Source: Catajapyx aquilonaris (lineage: Eukaryota). From it: DNA of 55,407 bases. A model generated the notes under the pieces. That model saw only the letters and a list, made by a program, of their open reading frames with translations. It did not search any database and had not been told where the DNA came from. Below are positions 1-11,500 of the stretch, piece by piece; positions within the stretch are counted from its first letter, which is position 1, and each line of letters starts with the position of its first letter. The stretch lies in contig KZ537962.1 in NCBI GenBank assembly GCA_000934665.2, positions 186,001 to 241,407 on the forward strand. Reading direction: 5' to 3'. The translations under genes and the position numbers were made by a program.

Positions 1-560
1 GTAAACCGCGAAATTTTTCTAAAGCTCAAGCTAAAAATGAATCGCATATTGAAGTGTCCGGTTTTGTCTGGAATGATGGCGTCTCATTCACAATTTTTCA
101 CGGATGACTGAGGTGGTATTGAGGCAAGACCCATTTAATAGGATGATAACAAACCGACACGAAACGTAGTAAACTGTTCATATCTACCAGGCACTGAATT
201 TGACAGTCTTCCTGCCTTTTCATATTATGACATAAGAACCAGCAAACTAGAAATCCGTCTCACACTATCATATCAAATTGTCATTCAAGCATTATCTGCC
301 ACATCATTCAAGCACGCAATGATTCAATGACTCAGTAAAAGTCTGGCATTGAAAATTACTGGGTCAATATCAACCTTCACAATATGCCATGTAATTATGC
401 AGGTTCGAATAAAAGTATACCCCCCATAATGACGCCGGTTTACCCATACAAAAAACCCGGCAACAGACACATACCCTGACCTAAATCGACTTTCACCATG
501 ACCTCAGCACTAGTAAGTGGAAGGCGAGACCAAACGTCAATAATAATGTCTTTTTCTCAG

Positions 561-2185
561 AGACAATACCGAAGTGCCCATAGAACTTTACACTGGAGAC
601 GCCCGAGTACTGAGGTCTAGCCGGTTCAATTCGACCAATCCGACCAAAATAATAATCCATGGATTTGCAGATAACGGAAGGACAGAACCCTGGCTTCTGG
701 AGCTCAAAGATGGTAAGTTTTTTTTTTCTTTTGTCAAGGTTGTGTGACAATGTCACCTATTCTGATGGCACTGAGGCGTCACGCTCTTTTGTACCACTGA
801 TGTAAACCAGCTTTTGATGAATTCAAGGTTGGAAACCTTGACGGCCTTTTCGTGTCGACAAGGTCTCTTCGGGTGTCTCTTATACGGCTAGTTAATGGGC
901 GGGGAAGTAACAAGAATGACTGTGTAATGTATTGCATAATTGCTTTTTTGTGGTGGATCCTGCACAGAACTTCTTACCTACGGTCCATGCAATCTAATCT
1001 CGGTGGACTGGACTGCCTTGGCCATGGTGCCCCTCTACCACACCGCTGCGGCCAACACTGAACTGGTTGCCAATGAGCTGTCCTTCTTCCTGGACTTCCT
1101 CTCTGCTCAAAGAGCTGTTACCTTGCCAGATCTTCATGTGATAGGGTTCAGCTTAGGGTCTCATGTGGCAGGGATAGCTGGAAAGAGAGTGAGAAGTGGG
1201 AAGCTGGGTCGCATAACTGGTATGAGATATGCATCACTTTACCTAATCCGTATGTCAAAAAGTCAGTGATGTAGCAGGTCATAAGTCGATCCAACTGCCC
1301 TTTACCTCATCCACAGCATTAGATCCAGCACATCCTGCTTTCCGGTTTCTAGACAACCAGTTTAAACTTCACAAAAGTGATGCTCTGTTTGTGGATGTCA
1401 TCCATACCACTGCATCAAAAAATTTGATCAAAGGAGTTGGGATGCTTGAGCCACTGGGACATGTTGACTTCTATCCAAATGGAGGAACCATTCCTCAGCC
1501 GGGATGTGAATCTCCAACCCTGTCCCTTTCTGATCACATACAAAGTAGGTGCCACAAGAGTACAGTAAGTATTTATTCTTGGCCCTTGTCGATCAGGAGA
1601 TAGGGAGAGATTGTCTGGGAAATTATGATGCTGTGCTTGGATACTGAAATTCCAGTTGCAGACACCAACGGCATGCCATTGACCATGACTTGATAAGTTT
1701 CTGCATATGTGTCTTGTTACTCATATTAAAAAGTAATGTGGCATTTGGCCATCAGTATTGCAAGACAAGCAGCATCCACAATAAGTGATACCAATAATAT
1801 TTACCAACAGCAGTATTAATCACTGTTCTTGTGTGCAGCTATCATATGTAGTCATCGGAGAGCCATTCATCTCATCACGGATTCAGTTAATTCTCAAGTG
1901 CCAATCCTTGGCTGTCATTGCCAGGATCTAAATTTAGTTCTAGCGAAGTCATGTCGCTGTGGGAGAAGCAATGACCTGGTGCCCTTGGGTGTGCATACAC
2001 CTACCAGGTAAGAATTTGGCAGTCCACTTGTAAAGCTAACACCAATATGGCCTTGGCTCCATTAGTCATATACAACTCAGAAAACCTGTAATACACAGCC
2101 CTAATGGTCCATCTCTTGCAGTGCACGTGGTCAAGTGTACCTCATAACAAATGCAGTGCCTCCATTTGGAAGTTCTGCAAGCTGA
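561..2185 (+). CDS. Pancreatic lipase / phospholipase A1 family protein (5' partial). Exons 561-712, 968-1219, 1317-1544, 1839-2007, 2122-2185
   Basis: The spliced frame gives PTKIIIHGF, NLISVDW, HVIGFSLGSH (GxSxG nucleophile), RITALDPA (Asp), DALFVDVIHT, GHVDFYPNGG, CSHRRA (His) and RGQVYLIT. All junctions are GT-AG with compatible phases. TGA at 2183-2185. The first coding exon(s) were not identified. Confidence 0.9.
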
Positions 2186-4662
2186 CTGAATGGTGTTACA
2201 TAGCAGCAGGAAAGAAAAATAAATGACACTTGCATTTTTTTTGTGTGAGTTCTAATTGCCACATATACTTCCCAATACAGTTTCAGAATTAGGGCTACTC
2301 TTGCATTTGGGAAGAGGGGGGTGAGTCTATACCCACAACACATATACAATGTATGAAAATTACAAAAACATTTAACTAATAATTTCAATGGGTAAGTCAA
2401 TGTTAACATCTGCTCATGATAACTTATACCACCCGATGCACAAACCACAGCACCGACTACAGTAGAATTACAGTGAAACCTTCATCGAAGGGAATCTTCC
2501 AGTCACAGTCCTCAAAAGCCTGTGCTACACACACACTGTTCACCATATAATTTTAAGCGAGGTGTACGCTTAACTATTACAAAGGTATACTACCAAGCAG
2601 AAAAACTATATCAGCATAAAACAATATATAAAACTTTAAACAGCAACATTGTTTCATAAAATTACAGCACATATATCCCAACATAAAATGTGAGGTATAT
2701 TTAAGGACAATTATTTTCTCTATGTACCAAGAAAGACTTCATCAGCATAAAAGTCTGCGAACACCCCTTTTGCACCATTCAGTGACGAACAAGGAACATA
2801 ATTTTCCCCAGGAATGTTTGTACAATGTACTACCACATTTAGGAGTAACATGCTTTAAAATTTTCATCTTGTCCTCCAAGATGATGAGTGATATTGCAAG
2901 TCATTCCCTAGTTGTTACAAATCCTAGATGCCTTTAAAAATTTTTACACTGAAGCATTGCACAAAAAATAATAATTCAGCAGCACGTGCTTGAACTCTCA
3001 AACTCTGTGCTTTGCAATGTTGACAACAAAACATAATCATCGCAAAGAGACCTTCAAGAAAATAATTTGTACTTTTCCCATTCATTAAATATTATGCAAT
3101 ATATCATACCAAGAGTGACCCCAAAGTAAAACACAATATTCTTGCATCAAAATTGATTCATTATTGGAAATCAGCAATGACAAAAATCCCCTATTGTGAT
3201 CACACATAAATAGTGTTAGAAAGAGTGAAGGACTAGTGGTACAAACGAGGTTGGGTTTTCCGCGTCTGAATAATAACTCAGGCTACCTCAGGATATACTA
3301 TATACACATATTATGCAACATAGGCTACATCAAATAATTCATGTGAAAAAATGCTACAAGCAATCCAGTGATAAAAAAACCCAGTTACACTACCATAAAT
3401 GTATCCATGCTCTCTGATGAAGAGTATTATTTTTAAAGCAGTTATGGTGCAAGGTTTAGGACTCACTAATTATTTGGATTACTTACAGCAGACAGCATTT
3501 CAAAAGGGGTTCACAATTCCTCTAGGGTCACTCTTAACAGCAACAATTTTTAGCTGTACCACAATGTGATCCATGGAAAATTCCTCACAGCATATTAGAA
3601 AATAATTAATAATGGCATTATCCACATTATGAATAAGTGCATATTGTTATTGTGTAATAATTTGAGAGTTGTGTTAATCAGGATTAATGTATTCACAAAG
3701 CTCTTTTTGTAAGCAAGACTGACTTGATTAGCAATTAAAATTACCATGTATATGACATGAGGAATAATTCTCTGGACCACCTAGTAAAAAGAAATAAATG
3801 CAATTTATAAAGCTTTGCAAATATTATTTCACATGTGCACTAGATGGAGTAGCATATGCAACTACTATTATGCTTTATAACTTGTAGGGTACCACTTCCT
3901 AACAGCATTCTCACGTGAATCTAACTATTGCACAACTTGTCAATTATAACATTTATTATGCAAATTATTGATTAGATAAGATATCCAAGAAAGTAAAATA
4001 AAACGGAACATACAGTCAATGTGAACAATTACACTGGCAATAGAATACACACTTGGTATGTTCTTCCTCTGTTACAGTCTATACTTGACATTGAACTACT
4101 TCCAGCTTCATTATTGTGGTGTAACCATTTAATTAAATTAATTCTGAGAAGCAATGTAATTTAATAATTTTTCAGTCAAGTGAATCAAATTCCAATTTCA
4201 ATGTAATTTCCTTCAATCTTTTTGTGTTCAGCTACCAGTTTCACATATTGCAAGTTTTAAAATCCATCCTGCATAGTTAGGGCCAACCAAACTCATAAGT
4301 TCAGTGAAATCCTGTCACTATAGACATACAAAGTATAAATAAACCTATGCAATATTTATCAGTCAACGTCATGTTATAATTTTGCATACTAATTATTAAT
4401 TATCATAATAATTTGATTAACTTAAACTAAATATTATAATAAACTGGGGCTTGAATATAACCTATGCATATATATTCTTCAGCAAGCATGCTGCAATTAA
4501 AACCTCTGTTTACAGTCTTGGTCTGCACTGTTATGTTTTCCTTGCTGTAACAAGGCAAAGTTCCTAAAAAAACTAGAGTAAGAGTGGTACCAAAATCTGT
4601 CTGAAACTGTATCACACATTTGGCCTCAATCTCTCTCTTTCAAAAATTATTTTTTCCACTTT

Positions 4663-7600
4663 TCATTTGGCATTCACATTATTCTCTGATTTATCCTTCA
4701 CCTCAGCCTCTTCTTTGCTCTCCACCTCACCCTCTACCTTGTTCTCCACTTGATCTGGTGCCTTCGTCTCCACCACATTCTCTGTGTTGCTTTCCACCTT
4801 GTCCTCTACAATGTTATCCACTTTATCCTCCATGCTGCTTTCCACGTTCTCATCTGCCTTACTGTCCTCCTTGTGCACCTCCTCTTGACTGTTACTACTA
4901 GTGGCACATATTTTAAAGAAGTTCCTGAGTGGCTTCAGCACATGAGCAACCACTGGAACACTCCAGGCTTTTCCCAGCAGTTTCTGCCGCTTTCCTGGTG
5001 GGATGTTGCCCACTTCTGTGTAGTGTTTGGGCAGTCCAATTGATTCTTCCAGTTCTGTAACCTTCATACTGTCCCCATCCCCAGTGAGGATAGCTTGTTG
5101 GCTCGCTGGCATCAAGTTGTTCAAAGGACTTGTTGCCCTCTCAGGAACTAGCTTTGGCAAGTTCAGTGCTGCCTCTATGCTGACTCGTCTGGAGAGCAGG
5201 TGAGGCTGCAGAGGAGTGTGCAGTCCAGGAATGTTACCCCAAAAGTAACGGACACGCTGCTGCGGGGAGAAGAACCGTGCATCCAACACAGCTGGTTCAC
5301 AGCCAAGGAAGCTGAAGGTTGAAGTAAATGAATTAAAATAAGTGTCCCCTCTCTTATGAACATTTCCAAAATGTTTCATCAATTATTATTTCAACTCCGC
5401 ACACCACCAATTGATCTTACCGATTGATGACTTTCTTGTATTCAAGTGGCATGGAAGCCACATTCTCATAAAGCCAGAATAAATGACGGCCCTGGTTCCC
5501 AATCTGAGCTGCCTTTAGTACCCTGTAGAAGTCAAAGAAGAGCTTCCCAGTTCCTTGTTGATCATAAATTCCCCTTCTAGCTGGATTGACGAGTGACAGG
5601 TCATTGCAGGGGGATCCCCCTAGAACTAGGTCCAAGGGACAGAGCTTTTGCACCTGCACCTCTAACAATTCTTCGATGTCTCCCAGCTGTTGCACCCTTT
5701 GGTGGTGGTGAGAAGTGGACACAGCAATGGCATCTGGATCCACTTCACATGAGAAGTATGCTTCTACCTCCAGGCCAAGTTTCTCCAGGACATGTAGGGT
5801 GGTGCTTATGCCATCAAACAGTGACAAAACACGCATAGGCCTCTTCTCCTCGAAGGCCAGAGCGTTGGGAATCAGGAGTTGGTTCTTTGGGTTAAATAGC
5901 TGCAGAACCTGGCAATAAATAAAGCTCATGTGGTAAATCATGTTTTGGAATAAACTGTTGCAGAACAAAAGAAAAATTACTTACATTCTTTTGCCATCCA
6001 TTTCTACGGCAAATGTAACATGATGAATTATTCTCATCAGTCGTGACACACAAGTAACAAGTCCATGGATCAGCTTCTCTCACTCTCTCCAGCTCTTCAG
6101 TTCCACCCAATCCTTCCACACAGTCAATGCAATACACACTGAAATTTTTGATTGTTATGGACTCATGCGAGTTATTACTTGACCTCTCCTTACACATCTA
6201 TATACAGGGTGTTACTCTACCATTCAAAATCCTCCGAGTGGGGAAATGCGGCAGACTGATGGATTTGTCACTCCTGGCAAGGTCAATGAAGTCCATTCAA
6301 AAGGCTGTCCCAAGTTGCAATAAATTTATGTTGCTGTATAGTTGCCTTCAACTTTTTTGTTAATTATTCCATGCCTTCATTGACACATACACATGGAGAT
6401 TTTTTTTTTCATGCTAGTTACACAAAACAATTTATAAAACTAATTATGTTGCTATCAAATCATATGCAACCACACTAACAGGCAACTGGATGTGACAAGT
6501 GAATGGAAAAGTGGGAGGTTTCAACTCATCCTTCCATTCTGTGGAATTTTATTTTTAAATAGTTTAACACAAAAAGTACCGGTACTCACTTTCCATATGC
6601 ATGTGTTGCAAACAAACAAAAAAAAATGTGAAAATAGGTAATGTAAGTGCTATAAAGATTAAAACTCAGACTCGGGGCACCCATTTGAATGTGAACTCTC
6701 TTGACATTGCCAGGAATGTCTCATCCATCACTCTGCCATGTTTCCACATTTGGGAAATCAACTTTGGCAGGGTACTTTGTACATAAACATGTTAAAAATT
6801 GACAAAAAATTATGCTTGTGCCAACTATACCTATCGCAATCTTCATGATCACATATGAGAAGCTCTCCAGCACAGCTACATATAACACAGTAGGCCTGGA
6901 AGCAATTCAAGGGTATTATTTTCAACAGTATAACATAATGTAAACCTTGTGATTCTTATCACCTTGGCTCCATCATCATCATATGCGTACAGGGTCTCTA
7001 TGAGACCATCTTGGCACTTCCCACATACACCACCTACAAACAGTGGGTGAGGACCTACTACCTCAGCAGAAGTAGTGGTGCAAGCAATGCAGATTTCATC
7101 AATTTTTAGGGTACCCTCTCTGACTTTGGACATAGCATCACCTTAAAAGGTAATTTAAGTATTCATTATTTGCAGAAACACTCATGCACAAGAATTACCT
7201 TTTGTACTGACACTCTCCACTGGCACCTCCAATTGTACAGGGTCCTCCACTGAAGGAAGTGCTTCATGTTGGTATCCATAGTAAAAGAGGTTCTTTCGTT
7301 TGATTTTACGAAGATGCCCAACAACAATTTCCGGCACTGGATTATCTGCAATGAATATTGTGCTTTAAAAGTGAGCCACCAGGGGAAGATGGTTCTTAGG
7401 GGTTATAGCAGGACAGACACTGGTGCATGATAAATATCAAATTCTTCTGTGGCACATATAAATCTGTGAACATGTCAGACCTGATGCAATCTGTCATTGG
7501 TGAAATTTTGTGCAAATGTAGAAGCATGACTTACTTTAACCAACCTCTGAATTACTTGGATGCCACTGGATGGATTTAATTGGCCTGCAGCACTATCTTA

Positions 7601-8519
7601 CATCTTATACCATACCATTTTTAAAGCTTCCAAAAGCAGGGTTTTTGTCACAGGTATTGGTATAAATGGAGACACAAGCAGTAAAGAAACTAATCTAGCA
7701 GAAACCACCATGTCCACCCACTTCAGCCATTGTTACACCTCAGACTGTACAATGGCATGCACACCTCTTCCAGCTATCAAATCATTAAAAAATACTAATC
7801 AAAATTAGTAAAATCAAAGGTTACAGTGAGCTTATGGACATTTGATGCTAGATATTGATGCTGAGAGCATGCAACATTAAAACATTAGGGGTTGAAGCAG
7901 GTGACTCTTAAGCATAACTTCAAGGTTTCAATATAATTAATTTTGCAATATGCTTATGAGTTTATACTACAAATGAGATAAATTACATTGTATTGCATTG
8001 AGTAGAACTGCTGTATAAAGTGATCCGTAGGCGAGCACGCTAACCAATACACTATGCCACTCATTGCCCAACTGCTGTATAAAGTGCTACATTATCAAGG
8101 TAATCCTACTTTCATATGTATATGAAATTTCTTAACAAATTTACATAATGAAATCTGACTGTTCTGGAACCATGCAATTACAGACAGATTTCGTGGCATT
8201 AAAACAGCACGCACTCTACCTGGATTTGGTTGAAACCGTTGTGCATCAAAAGGTCCCTTCTCTGAAAGAAATCCCTGTGATGCCCATGAGAGAAGTTCAG
8301 CATAGTTTCCTCCAGCTCTTTCAGGATCCGCCCGATTGGCACATTCCTATAAAATAAATCACCCTGGTGTTATCCTCTCCCTATGATAAATACAGTGTAC
8401 ACTTTCTCTAATAAACTTCTCCAGTGCACCTTATCCCCTCCCTATTTCAGCAAGGTTAAAGAAGAAAAAGGCACAACAAAGGTCTATTGGAAATATACAC
8501 CACATCATCATCATCATCA

Positions 8520-8554
<35 letters not shown>

Positions 8555-11500
8555 AAGAAATGAAAATTCATTTCCCTTGAGTTTTGTTACAACGAGCATA
8601 CACTTCTATAATTGCTTACCCTAAGAGCTTCCTTGAGGGCAAGTTTGAAAGTTTTGAAGCTGCACTTTGAGTATTTCCTCTTGAAGTGGCTTGTAAATCC
8701 TACAAGTTTGTCACACTCCACCTAAAATAACATTTCATAAACACACAATGACAATGTGAACAAAGCCTGGTGTTTACCTCTGATATTTTGTGATCCCCAA
8801 ACCAGAAAACCCAGGTGTGCTTTAGCTTTGGTGGATCCATGCCACAGTCATCAGCTGTTACTATCATACCTGGCCACCACCTCATCGTGCCCAACTTTCC
8901 CCACACCAAGGAACCTATAAACCGGCAGTGCCTATCAGCGATAGACAAAGATGGTGGCAGGTCAATTTCTGCCTGCTCAATTCTACTCTTGCTGTCACCA
9001 GGCTGCTCATGATAATTGCACTCAGATTGTGCAATCCGGACCTTTAAGCGTTTGCTTGATTTCTTTGATGACTTTTTGGAGAATCCAATCTGTAGGATAA
9101 CACAGAAAATATCACTGGATCCTAGATATAGTACCAGTACTATTCAATAAAACTCTTTAAAAAGTTGAATTCAAGGCAATGTCAACAGTTTTAAAAGCAA
9201 TTGATAAATTCATATAAATACCTTTTTAGAATCTTTCTTTTTGTGTGACTTCTCCTTGTGCTTTTTCTTTCCCTCCTCTGATGCTGGTAACGGTGATAAT
9301 GAAGATGAAGACTTCTTCTTATTCTTCCTGCCTTTGTCAGACTTTTTCTTTAGCTTCTTACTGTCAGGGCCAGATGAATGGCTGCTCTTCTTCCTCTTCT
9401 TGACTGCTGAATGTCCAGACTCCTTTGATGAACATGTGAAAACCATCTGAGCTGATTCCTGGTCACTGGGTTTTGCAGATTTGTCACTGGGTGTGTTAGT
9501 AGGGCATGGAAGGCACTCTGTTGCATTATTATTGTTTGGCAGAGCAGCAGCATCCTGCTCTTTACACACTTTTTCCCCATTGCTGCCAATCTGATCCCCT
9601 TCTTTGGACTTCACAGGGTCAATGGGCCCTGGTACCAAACAATCCTTGTCAACAACATGAACCTTCATGATAGGAATCTTCAATTCCTTCAGGATGTGAC
9701 CTGGCACCTGCTCCGCCTTCCCGTTGCGTTCAACAGTCTTTGTGGCAGGTTTTTGTTTGGACTTCTTTTTCTCCTTGGATGCTTTTGAATATTTCTTCTT
9801 TTTTGGCTTTCTAATACGCCCCACTTCACTTTCCAAGATGCTTTGCAGCATGAAAGACTGGAATTAATATCAGTTGATTAATATACTGTCTGATAACTAA
9901 ATGCATATGACATATAGGTATTTCTGCCCTTTGGCATGGTAATTTACTGTGTAAAAGAACAGGAATATGAATCAGATGCTTCAGAACACAGAAATAGTAA
10001 AATGTGACACCAATAGCACACTCTACCAAAGCCTGCAAAGTTTTGTACCATGTACTTTACTGCTGGGTCATTCCATCTCAACTCAGATGAAGTTGATGCT
10101 AGACCACCTTGGATTTTGTCTAACCATCATGTCAACATCAACCTCTCTTTCCCATGCAGTGCACACCATCACTCTGGTACGCAGTGTAGTACAGTCTACT
10201 CAACATCAGAGTGATATTACGGATTGACATAAGTGCATAAGAAACCAATCCTCAATGGGGTCCTAGCCTAAATTTGGCAAACCCATGTAAAAAAAATAGC
10301 CCTCATGTTAAAATGAATTTTGGTGTTTTTTGTTTGAAGAAATATGTTATAGTTTTCCAGTTCTACCAAAGATCATATTAATATTACGAGGGGTGTTATA
10401 TAAGTTCGTGGTTTCGCCTAGAAGGAGAAGCAAATGCGGAAGCTAAACAGCGCCATTAAATCGAGCCACCCTTCAAACCCCTATATCCACCCATTTGACA
10501 TAGGTGTCAAAGTCCTTGGGTTCAGAAATAATTCGGATGTGAAAGGGTGCGCAGCATCTTGTGAAGATGGCGAACATCGCACATCGCGCGGTCATCCAGT
10601 ACCTGGTGGCAAAGGGAATGGGTGCCAAGGACATCTTTGAGGACATGAAGGATACATTGGCTGGCGATGCACCATCCTACAGCATGATCCAGAAGTGGAC
10701 TGCCCTCTTCAAACACGGCCGAGACAGCCTAAAAGACGACCCCCGCTCCGGAAGACCCCTGTGTTCCACCACTGAAGAAAATGTGGCCAAAGTGGAGGAA
10801 CTAGTGATGGGAGACCGAAGACTGACTATCAGGTACCTTGCTGAGGTGGTGGGCATCTCAACATTTTCCATCCACACCATACTACCTGACCACCTGCGCC
10901 TGTGGAAGGTGTCAGCATGATGGGTACCCCGAATGTTGTCGCCAGAACAGAAGGTGGCACGTCGGGATATGTCACAATCAAATTAGGACCTGCTGAATGC
11001 TGATGCAGAAGGATTTTACACTCGTCTGGTCACACAGGATGAAACCTGGGTACCTCATTGTGTTCCCGAACAAAAAGAAACACCTGCGGGGTCGACTCCA
11101 TGGGAGTGACGAAGAGGTCAAGGCAGCTGCGGAGGACGTCTTGGGGGGGGGTGGGATTCTTCCTTCTACCGGAGAGGTTTGGAGAAGTTGCCACGAAGAT
11201 GGACAAAGTGTATTGACCGGTGTGGGGACTATGTTGAGAAATAAAATTGTTTCTTTGTCATGTCTCGCGTATGTCTACTTGAAACCACGAACTTATATAA
11301 CACTCCTCGTATACTGTATATCCTGCCCCCTGACGTCACTGTCCCCAAACAGATCGGTGCCAGGCAGGAACACACCCTGGCTGGTTTGTTCCTTTGTTGG
11401 TTTGCTTTGTTAGTGACCCTCCCAAAGGAATCGAACGACCACCAGTAAAGCAGGTGCACCAGTCTGCTGACGTCACTGTGGTCAGGCAGGAATGGGAATG

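Noticed and set aside
4620..4901. Cys/Pro-rich + strand ORF
   Set aside because: It is the antisense reading of the repetitive acidic DNMT3 tail.
7614..7695. Possible extra DNMT3 exon (AG...G|GTATGG on the - strand)
   Set aside because: Its phase is incompatible with the flanking exons (immediate stop), and the model is complete without it.
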